DNA of 64,000 nucleotides from contig JADKHR010000001.1 of assembly GCA_016721625.1 (NCBI GenBank), positions 2,611,807 through 2,675,806 of the forward strand. Direction: 5' to 3'. Origin of the DNA: Elusimicrobiota bacterium (lineage in GTDB: Bacteria; Elusimicrobiota; Elusimicrobia; FEN-1173). A program made the translations under genes and the position numbers. Positions 9,567 through 18,502 of the stretch are shown here, one piece after another (position 1 is the stretch's first letter; each line of letters opens with the position of its first letter). The notes beneath the pieces are model-generated. The model was not told the DNA's origin. It worked only from the letters and a program-made list of their open reading frames with translations, and ran no database searches.

Positions 9567-10708
9567 ATGTCGTTTCCAACGAACGAGCCGGACGCGCGTC
9601 TTCTTTTCAATCTGCACGAACCCCTGGGCCCGGTCCGGTTTGGCCGCCTTCTGAGCCATTTCGGGTCCGCCGTCTCAGCGCTGAGTTCCGGTCCGGGGCC
9701 CTGGGCCGAGGTCGAAGGGTTTGGCGACCGGGCCGTTGATTTTTTTCGCGCGCTGGAAAAAGCGCTTCCAGCCCTTGAGAATGAAAAAAAAGAAGCGGCC
9801 CGATTGGGCGCCCGGATTCTGTGTGGGTTGGATGACGAATATCCTGAGGGGTTTCGGCGTCTTCGGGACGCTCCCCCGGTTTTATACGTGTGGGGGAAAC
9901 TGAAACCCGTGGATGGATTGGGCATCGCCCTCGTGGGCTCGCGGCGGCCGTCCCCTTACGGCGTGGCGGCGGCGGAGCGGTTGGCCCGGGAGTTGGCGAA
10001 GGCCGGGGTCACGGTGGTGAGCGGTTTAGCGCGCGGCATCGACGGCGCGGCCCACGCGGCGGCTCTGGCGGCCGGTGGACGGACCGTGGGTGTTTTGGGG
10101 AGCGGTTTCTCCCGTTTTTATCCGGTCGAACACCGGAAACTGGCCGAGAAAATGGCGGAGAAGGCGGCCGTGGTGACGGAGTTTCCTCTCGCCGCCGAAC
10201 CCGATTCCGGCCATTTTCCCCGGCGCAACCGGCTCATCGCCGCGCTGTCCTTGGGGGTGGTCGTGGTGGAGGCTTTGGAGAGGAGCGGGGCGCTGATCAC
10301 GGCGGGCCTCGCCGCCGAACAAGGCCGGGACGTTTTCGCCGTGCCGGGTTCCATTTTTTCCCCTGTCAGCCGGGGCCCCACCGTCTTTTGAAACAGGGGG
10401 CGAAACTGGTGGAGAGCGCCGCGGACGTGTTGGATGAAATCGCGGCGTTTCGTGATCTCTTGGGCTCAAGGCCGGTCGCTGGTGAACCGCCCGCCGTCCC
10501 TCTTCATGAAGGCCTCTCGAACCCAGGGCGGATTTTGTTAGCCGCCCTCTCGCTCGAACCGGTAGGGATCGACGAATTGGCGCAACAGACCGGCCTGACG
10601 GCCGCCTCGGCGGCCCGGGAACTTCTGAACCTTGAGTTAGCGGGGCTGGCTCGGGCGTTGCCTGGAAAAAATTTCGTTTGCTCGGAACGTTCACTGACAC
10701 CCGATTAA
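9567..10708 (+). CDS. dprA: DNA processing protein DprA (Smf); reading frame interrupted near 10371-10382 (cggggcccca run)
   Basis: Rossmann-like DprA core LVGSRRPSPYGVAAAERLARELAKAGVTVVSGLARGIDGAAHAAAL…AVPGSIFSPVSRG in ORF 9567..10391 ends in a stop, while the expected continuation …HRLLKQGAKLVESAADVLDEI… plus the C-terminal winged-helix part continue in the frame of ORF 9890..10708. Confidence 0.7.
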
Positions 10709-10726
10709 TGGAAAAGAGAGCCAGCC

Positions 10727-12907
10727 ATGTCCAAATCCCTTCTCATCGTTGAGTCTCCCACAAAAGAGCGGACCATCGCGCCCATGCTGGGAAAAGAATT
10801 TGTGGTCCGGAGTTCCTACGGCCACATCCGGGACCTGCCCAAAAAGGGGCTGGGGGTCGATGTCGATAAAAATTTCGCTCCCTCCTATGTGGTTCTGCCC
10901 AAAGCGAAAAAGATCCTGACGGAGCTTGTTCGATTGGTCGCGAAGGCGGATCATGTCTACCTCGCCACCGACTACGATCGGGAGGGGGAAGCCATCGCCT
11001 GGCATTTGAGCAAGGCGTTGAAACTTTCCAAAGCCAAGGCCGAGCGCGTCACTTTCCACGAAATCACCCGGGAGGCCATCCGGGAGGCGGTCCAGCATCA
11101 CCGCCCTATCGACGAATCCTTGGTCGACGCTCAAGTGGCGCGGCGGGTTTTGGACCGGCTGGTGGGCTACCGGCTGTCGCCGCTTCTGTGGGATAAAATC
11201 CGCCCGGGCCTTTCCGCGGGACGGGTGCAGTCCGTGGCCGTGCGATTGATCTGCGCCCGGGAAGAGGAGATCGAAAAGTTTAAACCCGAAGAATATTGGA
11301 CCCTGACGGCCTTGCTGGCGAAAGAGGGGGCGACCTTCACCGCGGGGCTCTTCGCCAAGGGAACGGAGAAATTCGGCAAGTTCTCATTCCGCCAAAAAGG
11401 ATCCGTGGACGAGGTGTTGGCCGACCTGAAGGGCGCGGCCTACACGGTGCGGTCCGTGGAGCCCAAAGAACGCAAACGGTCCCCCGCACCGCCGTTCACC
11501 ACGGCGTCGCTCCAGCAAGACGCCTCGCGGCGGCTTCATTTTTCAGCCTCCCGCATCATGGTGGTGGCCCAGCAGTTGTACGAGGGAATCGAAGTCGAGC
11601 CGGGGGAAGGACCGGTGGGTCTCATCACCTACATGCGGACGGATTCCGTCCAGGTGGCTAAAGTGGCCCAGACCGAAGCGGTCTCTTTTATCAAAAAGAC
11701 TTATGGGAAGGACCACCTCCCCCCCAAACCCCGGATTTACAAAACCAAGAGCAAGGGCGCCCAGGAAGCCCACGAAGCCATTCGCCCGACCCAACCCTCG
11801 CGCACCCCTGAATCGGTGAGGAAATATTTGGAGCCGGACCAATTTAAACTTTATGAGCTGATTTGGCGGAGGTTCCTCGCGAGCCAGATGGCCGACGCCC
11901 TCTACGATACGGTCACTGTTGATATTGCGGCTCAGGCCTATCTGTTCCGCGCCACGGGGCACACCTTGAGATTCCCCGGTTACCTGGCGGTCTACGGAGA
12001 AGTGGCCGAAGAGGACGCCAAGAAAGACGGGGAAGAATCCTCCACGGCGCTTCCGCCTCTGACCCAGGGCGATCTCTTGGTCCTTAAAGAGCTCACGCCC
12101 GAACAACATTTCACAGAGCCGCCTCCGCGGTTCAATGAGGCGAGCTTGGTGAAAACGCTGGAAGAGTTCGGCATTGGGCGACCCTCCACCTATGCTTTCA
12201 TCATCCACACCATCGTGGACCGGAGCTACGTCCGCTTGGAAGAGCGCCGGTTCTATCCGACCAGCTTGGGACGCGTTGTGGACCGCCAGCTGGTGGATCA
12301 TTTTCCCGACATCGTGAGCGTGGACTTTACCGCCACGCTGGAAGGTCAGCTGGACAGCATCGCCGAATCCAAGGCCGATTGGGTGAAGGTCCTCCGGGCC
12401 TTCTATGACCCGTTCGAGGCGGAGATCGAGAAAGCCAAAAAAGGAATGCCGAAGATCGAAATCAAACCCGAGCCCACCGACGAAAAATGCCCCAAGTGCG
12501 AGGCCCCCATGGGTCTTCGTGAGAACCGCGAGGGGCGCTATCTGGCCTGTAGCCGGTACCCGGACTGCAAGAGCACCATCCCGGTGGATCGCGAAGGAAA
12601 AAAAATCGTTCCGCAGGTGACCAACGAAGTCTGTCCCAATTGCGCGAAACCCTTGGTGATCCGCACGGGACGCGGGTTTGGCCGCCGGCCCTCCCGCTAC
12701 CTGGCCTGCACGGGATATCCCGAGTGTAAAACGACTTTTTCCATCGACAAAGAAGGAAACAAAATCATTCGGCCCAAGCCCGAACCCACGGAACACAAAT
12801 GCCAAAAATGCGGCCGCATGATGTGGAAACGGGTGGGCAAACGGGGCCCCTTCATCGCTTGTTCGGGGTTTCCCAAGTGCCGAAACATCAAGCCGTTACC
12901 GGCCTAA
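10727..12907 (+). CDS. topA: DNA topoisomerase I with three C-terminal C4 zinc-ribbon repeats
   Basis: 726-aa ORF MSKSLLIVESPTKERTIAPMLGKEFVVRSSYGHIRDLP… (TOPRIM) plus catalytic Tyr region and three CPxC…C…C ribbons (CPKCEAPMG…CSRYPDCKST etc.). Confidence 0.95.
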   Translation: MSKSLLIVESPTKERTIAPMLGKEFVVRSSYGHIRDLPKKGLGVDVDKNFAPSYVVLPKAKKILTELVRLVAKADHVYLATDYDREGEAIAWHLSKALKLSKAKAERVTFHEITREAIREAVQHHRPIDESLVDAQVARRVLDRLVGYRLSPLLWDKIRPGLSAGRVQSVAVRLICAREEEIEKFKPEEYWTLTALLAKEGATFTAGLFAKGTEKFGKFSFRQKGSVDEVLADLKGAAYTVRSVEPKERKRSPAPPFTTASLQQDASRRLHFSASRIMVVAQQLYEGIEVEPGEGPVGLITYMRTDSVQVAKVAQTEAVSFIKKTYGKDHLPPKPRIYKTKSKGAQEAHEAIRPTQPSRTPESVRKYLEPDQFKLYELIWRRFLASQMADALYDTVTVDIAAQAYLFRATGHTLRFPGYLAVYGEVAEEDAKKDGEESSTALPPLTQGDLLVLKELTPEQHFTEPPPRFNEASLVKTLEEFGIGRPSTYAFIIHTIVDRSYVRLEERRFYPTSLGRVVDRQLVDHFPDIVSVDFTATLEGQLDSIAESKADWVKVLRAFYDPFEAEIEKAKKGMPKIEIKPEPTDEKCPKCEAPMGLRENREGRYLACSRYPDCKSTIPVDREGKKIVPQVTNEVCPNCAKPLVIRTGRGFGRRPSRYLACTGYPECKTTFSIDKEGNKIIRPKPEPTEHKCQKCGRMMWKRVGKRGPFIACSGFPKCRNIKPLPA

Positions 12908-12913
12908 TTCCGC

Positions 12914-13831
12914 GTGGGAATTGACGAGGCACTGGAGCGTTTTTGGATTTATTTGAGGGGAGAGCGAAGTTTGGCTCCCGCCACGCTCCGCGCCTATCGG
13001 TCGGATTTGGGGTCTTTCGCCCTTTATTGGCGCGAGAAAATGGGGGACCGGCCCGTCGCGAGCGCGGACCGCTCCGCGCTCCGCCCTTTTTTGGCGCGGC
13101 TCGGCGAGCGGGACTGGCGCCGAGCCACCCTCCTCCGGAAATACGAAGCGCTCTGGTCTTTTTTTCGGTTTCTCCAACGCAAAGGGATTTCTCCACAGAT
13201 CGCCACCGAAGGACTCGTCCGCCCGAAACCCGAACGGCGGGTCCCCGGTTTTTTGAACGAGGGGGAGGTGGCGCGTCTTCTGACGCCACGGGAGGCGGGC
13301 CGCCGCAAGGGCGGAGCCCTGCGAGCCTCCCGAGACGCGGCGCTCTTGGAACTGCTCTATTCCTCGGGGCTCCGGGCGGAGGAAATATCATCGTTGACCG
13401 TGGCGTCCTTGGACCCCTGGGAGGGGTCGGTACGGGTCTTCGGGAAGGGATCCCGCGAGAGGCTGGTTCCTGTCGGGGAGTCGGCCCTGTCCCGCCTGAG
13501 GGTCTATCTTCAACAGCGGGGGATCGACCTTTTGACCGGCGTGGGCGGGGGAGCGTCCGTGCCGTTGTTCGCCGGCCTAAACGGAAAACGAATGGACGTG
13601 CGCACGGTGCGCCGCGCGGTGGAAAGCGCCGGTCGGGCGGCCGGCCTCGCGCGGGTGTATCCCCATCTTCTGCGGCATTCCTTCGCCACCCATCTCCTGG
13701 ACCGCGGTTGCGACCTGAGGTCCGTCCAGGAAATGCTGGGACACAAAAACCTGTCGACCACCCAAATCTACACCCACGTGACGACCGATCGACTCCGCCG
13801 CGTTTATGAAAAAGCGCATCCCCGCGCCTGA
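12914..13831 (+). CDS. tyrosine site-specific recombinase of the XerC/XerD family
   Basis: 305-aa ORF, GTG start; C-terminal catalytic region …HLLRHSFATHLLDRGCDLRSVQEMLGHKNLSTTQIYTHV (R-H-R-Y signature); XerC versus XerD cannot be decided by eye. Confidence 0.85.
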   Translation: MGIDEALERFWIYLRGERSLAPATLRAYRSDLGSFALYWREKMGDRPVASADRSALRPFLARLGERDWRRATLLRKYEALWSFFRFLQRKGISPQIATEGLVRPKPERRVPGFLNEGEVARLLTPREAGRRKGGALRASRDAALLELLYSSGLRAEEISSLTVASLDPWEGSVRVFGKGSRERLVPVGESALSRLRVYLQQRGIDLLTGVGGGASVPLFAGLNGKRMDVRTVRRAVESAGRAAGLARVYPHLLRHSFATHLLDRGCDLRSVQEMLGHKNLSTTQIYTHVTTDRLRRVYEKAHPRA

Positions 13832-13834
13832 CCG

Positions 13835-14809
13835 ATGATCCCCGATCCCCATCCTCCGGACAAAATCCAACTTCTGATGGAGGAGACCTCCTGCGACCGG
13901 GCGGAGGCGGAACTGGCCATGTCCCTGGCGGGGTTCGACTTGGAAAAAGCGATCCGCACCATCGGATCCCTGCTCCGCCACATTGTCGTGGTCAAAGGCA
14001 AGTTTGTCGACGGCGACCGGAATCTCCACGGACTGTTGATCCTGATCGCGGACACGCGGCGGGAGCACCTGTTCCGCGCCCGCGCCGTCGTTTCTTACAA
14101 TCCCGGCCTCCATGAGACTTCCCTGGACCACCCGTGGTATGAATTCGAACGGAGCCTCTACGCCGCCCGTCTCGGCGAGGGCGCCCTCCAGCAGTTGAGC
14201 CAGGATCTGGAACGCGCTTTCACGGAACGGCTCGAATCCCAGCGGGATCGATTTTTTTCCGCTCTTAAATCTCCTCAACATGAGGGCCTTCCGGAATTTC
14301 TCAACGAAGGGCTCTCGGCCGCTTTTCCGGGCCGGGTGGAGGCGGTCTACGTGCCGGAAGTGATCGATTGGGATCAGTTTCATCGCTTTCCCATCAAGGG
14401 GGAGGAACGGGCGTTTCCGGGAGGTCTTCCGTCTCGGCCTCACCCCCCCGGGGAAAACCTGGCGCTCCACCTCGACTTGATGCCCGAGGAGCAGGGGGTC
14501 GCCGCGCGGGACATTCGCGTGGGAGACACCGTGACGGCTCTCTTGGCGGATGGTCGGGACATCGCCCAATATCTGGCGAAACTCTTCGGAGCCATGGCCG
14601 AAACAGGGCCGCGACCTTTTGAAGCGCCGGTGGAAACCCTGCGGAACGAAAACGGGCGGGTGCGATTTCATCTGCGGATTTCCGCCGGGATCCTCGGCGT
14701 GGCGGAAGTTTCCGAAGAGTCCCGCGTGCGGGTCCGACGGCGGCGCGCCGAAAGCGGGTGGCGCCGTTGGTTGGGTGTCGGCAACGCCCCGTCCGTTTCT
14801 CGTCGTTAG
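13835..14809 (+). CDS. hypothetical protein with UBA/NAC-like N-terminal helix bundle
   Basis: 324-aa ORF; N-terminus KIQLLMEETSCDRAEAELAMSLAGFDLEKAIRTI resembles a UBA-like fold; rest has no recognisable motif; consistent GC-rich codon usage. Confidence 0.5.
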   Translation: MIPDPHPPDKIQLLMEETSCDRAEAELAMSLAGFDLEKAIRTIGSLLRHIVVVKGKFVDGDRNLHGLLILIADTRREHLFRARAVVSYNPGLHETSLDHPWYEFERSLYAARLGEGALQQLSQDLERAFTERLESQRDRFFSALKSPQHEGLPEFLNEGLSAAFPGRVEAVYVPEVIDWDQFHRFPIKGEERAFPGGLPSRPHPPGENLALHLDLMPEEQGVAARDIRVGDTVTALLADGRDIAQYLAKLFGAMAETGPRPFEAPVETLRNENGRVRFHLRISAGILGVAEVSEESRVRVRRRRAESGWRRWLGVGNAPSVSRR

Positions 14810-14862
14810 AATTCCTTTTCGTTCCTCTCTTCAGGTCCCCAAAAAAGCCCCCTAAAAAGATC

Positions 14863-14891
14863 TTGACAAACCCGGCGGTCTTCACTATGCT
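14863..14891 (+). promoter_or_regulatory. sigma70-type promoter of the dcw cluster (Pmra): TTGACA-17 bp-TATGCT
   Basis: ttgaca 14863-14868, 17-nt spacer, tatgct 14886-14891, ~30 nt upstream of the mraZ start region. Confidence 0.5.
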
Positions 14892-14901
14892 TAAACAGTC
14901 G

Positions 14902-14951
14902 TGGAAGAAAGTGGGGTTCAATGGGGACAATTGTGGAAAAGTGGGGAAAAC
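14902..14951 (+). promoter_or_regulatory. array of five GTGG(G/A)-type direct repeats at 10-bp phasing (putative MraZ autoregulatory operator)
   Basis: gtggaagaaa gtggggttca atggggacaa ttgtggaaaa gtggggaaaa: TGGGG/GTGGA cores repeat every 10 nt between the -10 box and the start of mraZ, matching the known style of MraZ-binding repeats. Confidence 0.45.
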
Positions 14952-15382
14952 AAATTCCGTTTCTCAGCGGCGAGCATCGGCACGGGCTCGACGAAAAAAG
15001 GCGGCTGGCGCTCCCGGCCCGCCTCCGCCAAAACCAGCGGCGCTGGGTGATGGCGCGAGGGTGGGAGGGGTGTCTCGCCCTCTACACGGAGGTCGAATGG
15101 AAGAAATTGATAGCGAAGTTAGATGCGCTTCCGGTCGCCAACAAGGTTCATGCTCGCGCCTTCAAGCGGCTTTTAATTTCCGGGGCGATCTTGGCGGACG
15201 TGGATGGGCAGGGGCGCCTCTTGGTCCCCGAATCCTTAGGGCTCTACGCCGGCATTCAAAAAGAGGTGACCGTTGTCGGAATGGAGACCCGGATCGAACT
15301 TTGGTCTTCGGAGCGCTGGGATCGGTATAAGAAAACAGCGGAAAAAAGCGCGGCTCGGATCGCGGCTGAAATTGATTTGTAG
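14921..15382 (+). CDS. mraZ: transcriptional regulator MraZ
   Basis: …FLSGEHRHGLDEKRRLALPARLRQ… aligns with the MraZ N-terminus (FRG…DSKGRL.VP..yR) and the protein has the duplicated MraZ fold length; true start may be the in-frame GTG a few codons downstream of 14921. Confidence 0.85.
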   Translation: MGTIVEKWGKQIPFLSGEHRHGLDEKRRLALPARLRQNQRRWVMARGWEGCLALYTEVEWKKLIAKLDALPVANKVHARAFKRLLISGAILADVDGQGRLLVPESLGLYAGIQKEVTVVGMETRIELWSSERWDRYKKTAEKSAARIAAEIDL

Positions 15383-15400
15383 GCGGGGCAAGGCGGGAAC

Positions 15401-16285
15401 TTGGACGTGATTGAAGAGGGCGCCCATCGGTCCGTGATGGCGGCCGAAAGCCTTTCGGGGCTTCAGGTGAAGCCCGGGGGTGTTTACGTGGACGCCACCG
15501 TGGGTTTGGGCGGGCATGCGGAACTGATCTTGGAGGCTTCCGGGCCTGACGGGCGGGTGACGGGTTTGGACCGGGACCCGAACTCTCTGGAAGCGTCGCG
15601 CCAACGGTTGGCGCGATTTGGCGACCGGGCTCGGTTTGTGGCGGGAAACTTTAATCGTTTTGACGAGCGCGCCGGTTTGGGTCCCGCCTCGGTGGATGGG
15701 ATCTTGGCAGATTTGGGCGTTTCCTCGCCCCAATTGGATCGGGCGGAACGGGGGTTCAGCCTGCTTCGATCCGGTCCGCTGGACATGCGCATGGATCCCA
15801 CCCAGGGGCTCACGGCGAAAGAAATGTTCCAACGCGCTTCCGAAGAAGAGATCGAGGGGTGGTTGCGGGCGGCGGGGGAAGCCCGCTTTGCGCGGAAACT
15901 GGCGCGGCGGTTAAGGGAGGCGGCTCCCGGTATTTCAACGACGGAGGATTTAGCCGGGGCGGTGTCTCGCTGGGTTCCAAGGCGGGGTCGAACCCATCCG
16001 GCGACCCGGGTCTTTCTCGCTTTCCGGATGGCCGTGAACCGGGAATTGGAAAGTTTGGATGAATTTTTGAGGAGGGCGCCGGCGGTCCTGAAGCCGGGGG
16101 GGCGGCTTGCGGTGATCTCGTTTCATTCGGGAGAGGACCGAAAGGTGAAGTGGTTCGGTCGGGAAGCGTCGGCCGCGGGTCTTTTAAAAATCGTGGTCAA
16201 GAAACCGCTGGAACCTTCCGATGCGGAGCGGCGCGAGAACCCCCGAAGTCGGAGCGCGAAATTGAGGGTGTTCGAAAAAATTTAA
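15401..16285 (+). CDS. rsmH: 16S rRNA (cytosine1402-N4)-methyltransferase RsmH (MraW)
   Basis: YVDATVGLGGHAELIL (SAM-binding GxGGH motif), …GILADLGVSSPQLD…, ISFHSGEDR motif; canonical position after mraZ. Confidence 0.9.
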   Translation: MDVIEEGAHRSVMAAESLSGLQVKPGGVYVDATVGLGGHAELILEASGPDGRVTGLDRDPNSLEASRQRLARFGDRARFVAGNFNRFDERAGLGPASVDGILADLGVSSPQLDRAERGFSLLRSGPLDMRMDPTQGLTAKEMFQRASEEEIEGWLRAAGEARFARKLARRLREAAPGISTTEDLAGAVSRWVPRRGRTHPATRVFLAFRMAVNRELESLDEFLRRAPAVLKPGGRLAVISFHSGEDRKVKWFGREASAAGLLKIVVKKPLEPSDAERRENPRSRSAKLRVFEKI

Positions 16286-16441
16286 CGGCGACAACGCCGC
16301 AGGTTCAGAAAGTATCTTTACTCGGCGGATGACCCGCTCTTTTTTGACGCCGCGAGCGCGCGGCGAACGGTTCGGGGATCGGGAGTTCCTCTCGGCGGAA
16401 CGCCCGGTCTCCTTGACACCACGAGCGACACACCCCGGGAC

Positions 16442-16492
16442 GGGAGGGAGAGGGGAACCCCCCCTTTCCCTCCCTCCCGGGTATTTTTGATT
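16442..16492 (+). terminator. long imperfect GC hairpin followed by T-tract between rsmH and ftsL (terminator/attenuator-like)
   Basis: gggagggagaggggaaccccccctttccctccctccc (GGGAGGGAG pairs with CTCCCTCCC, AGGGG with CCCCT) followed by gggtatttttga. Confidence 0.35.
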
Positions 16493-16508
16493 CCATCGGA
16501 GGGGGCGC

Positions 16509-16787
16509 GTGCGGAGTTGGCGGAACATTCTTCCCACGGTTGTGATCCTGGGCGGGGGGCTCTTTGGCCTGTTGTCGTTGTCGGGCTGGCTCCAGGTTCA
16601 GGCGGTCCGTCTTTCCTATCGGGCCCAAGCGGTCCGCCGGGAATTGGATCAGCTGGACCGGCGTGAACAGTCCGACCTTCGCCGACTCGACGTCGCTTTG
16701 TCCTTGGCCCGCCTGGATGAGAGAGCGCGAGGACGACGGGGGCTCGCTCTCCCTCGCTCCGAACAAATCCGACTGCTCACCGATTAA
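16509..16787 (+). CDS. ftsL: cell division protein FtsL-like (small bitopic membrane protein with coiled coil)
   Basis: 92-aa ORF (GTG start), single TM helix ILPTVVILGGGLFGLLSLSGWL then heptad-like region; conserved position between rsmH and ftsI. Confidence 0.6.
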   Translation: MRSWRNILPTVVILGGGLFGLLSLSGWLQVQAVRLSYRAQAVRRELDQLDRREQSDLRRLDVALSLARLDERARGRRGLALPRSEQIRLLTD

Positions 16788-16789
16788 TC

Positions 16790-18502
16790 GTGCGTAACCG
16801 TTTTCGCCTGGTGGCCGGGATCCTCTCTCTGGGTTTCCTCGCGGTCCTGGTCCGGTTGGGTTATCTCCAAGTGTGGCGGCACCAAGACCTCTCTCTTCGG
16901 GCCGACGAGCAGGCTCGCCGCTGGGTGAGGGAAGCCCCGTGCCGCGCCCCCATTCGGGACCGGAACGGCGCCGTTCTGGCCGAATCTGTCCGCGTCGCCT
17001 CCTGTTACGCCGATCCGACCCTTCTTTCCCATCCCGAGCCCACCGCCCGCCGTTTGGCGGGCCCTCTGGGCCTCTCGGCGGCCACTTTGGTGGATAGGAT
17101 CCGCCAAGCGCCTGGCGCGTTCGTTTGGTTGAAGCGCCGGCTTTGCGCCGAAGAGTCCCAGGCCGTCGAACGCGAGAACCTTCGGGGGATCGGACTGAAG
17201 TGGGAATACCGGCGTTTTTATCCTAATGGCGATCTGGCGGGTCCTCTTCTAGGCATGGTGGGCGAGGAAGGCCGGGGTCTCTCCGGGTTGGAATACGCCT
17301 TTAACGAGGATTTCGTTGATGACCAACCCCCCGTCCAGACGTTGCGGGATGGGCGCGGCCGGCGCCTTCCCCTGGTGGGCGCCTCGGAGCGAGTTCCCGC
17401 GGGGGGACTTCGGCTTTCGATTGACCGTACTCTTCAATTTATCGCCGAACGCGAACTGGACTGGAGCGTTCGCCGTTCCCGCGCGCGGGGGGGGATCGTG
17501 GTGGTCCAGGACCCGCGGACGGGAGAGATTTTGGCGATGGCGGGCCGGCCCGCCCTTTCCTTGAGGGGGGAAGAAGGGCCCAGCCCGCAGGAATTGATGG
17601 TGGGGGCTGTGCAGTGGTCCTTTGAGCCGGGGTCCACCTTTAAAGTGGTCACCGCCGCGGCGGCGTTGGAAGGGCAACGGGCGCGGCCCGGAGACCTCTT
17701 GGACTGCGAATCAGGTCATTGGACGGTGGCGGGGGCCGCCATCAACGACCACGAACCCCAGCGCGTGATCACCTTCGCGCGGGCCATGGAGGTGTCCTCC
17801 AACATCGGGTTGGCGAAAATCGGTCTTCGCGTTGGAAAAGAGAAACTTTATGATACTATCCGAGCCTTCGGTTTCGGCGCGCGCACCGGTTTCGATCTGC
17901 CCGGGGAATCCGCCGGGCTCTTGCGCCCGCCAGCCCAGTGGAGCGGCGTGTCTCTTCCCGTCGTTTCCTTCGGCCAAGAGGTGGGGGTCACCGCGCTTCA
18001 GCTGGCGTCGGCCTACAGCGCCATCGCCAACGGGGGCCTCCTCCTGGAACCGCGGCTCTGCCTCGACGCCGAATGGCCTTCGGGCGCCCATCCCCGTTGG
18101 CCCTCCGTGAGCGAGATTCGCCGGGTCATTTCGCCGGAGACGGCCGCGACTTTGACGGGCATGCTGGAGGGGGTGGTGACCCGGGGAACGGGTCGGGACG
18201 CCGCTCTCCCGGGGTGGGCGGTAGCGAGGAAGACCGGAACGGCTCAGAAGATCGACCCGCGGACGCGGGCCTACTCGGCGGACAAATACGTGGCGTCGTT
18301 CTGCGGGTTTGTCCCCGCCGGCCGTCCGCGTTTGACGATCGTCGTCATCATCGACGAACCCAAGGGAATTTCCTGGGGCGGCTACAACGCGGGTCCCGTG
18401 TTCAAGAACATCGCCTGGCAAGCCCTCTCTCTCCTGGGGGTGCCGCCGGACGTCGCGCCCCAGTTCGCAGAAAAGAAAACCAAAGGACTGCCTCCCACGT
18501 GA
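16790..18502 (+). CDS. ftsI: peptidoglycan D,D-transpeptidase FtsI (class B penicillin-binding protein)
   Basis: 570-aa ORF with N-terminal membrane anchor, PBP dimerisation domain and transpeptidase domain; GTG start 3 nt after ftsL stop. Confidence 0.9.
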   Translation: MRNRFRLVAGILSLGFLAVLVRLGYLQVWRHQDLSLRADEQARRWVREAPCRAPIRDRNGAVLAESVRVASCYADPTLLSHPEPTARRLAGPLGLSAATLVDRIRQAPGAFVWLKRRLCAEESQAVERENLRGIGLKWEYRRFYPNGDLAGPLLGMVGEEGRGLSGLEYAFNEDFVDDQPPVQTLRDGRGRRLPLVGASERVPAGGLRLSIDRTLQFIAERELDWSVRRSRARGGIVVVQDPRTGEILAMAGRPALSLRGEEGPSPQELMVGAVQWSFEPGSTFKVVTAAAALEGQRARPGDLLDCESGHWTVAGAAINDHEPQRVITFARAMEVSSNIGLAKIGLRVGKEKLYDTIRAFGFGARTGFDLPGESAGLLRPPAQWSGVSLPVVSFGQEVGVTALQLASAYSAIANGGLLLEPRLCLDAEWPSGAHPRWPSVSEIRRVISPETAATLTGMLEGVVTRGTGRDAALPGWAVARKTGTAQKIDPRTRAYSADKYVASFCGFVPAGRPRLTIVVIIDEPKGISWGGYNAGPVFKNIAWQALSLLGVPPDVAPQFAEKKTKGLPPT

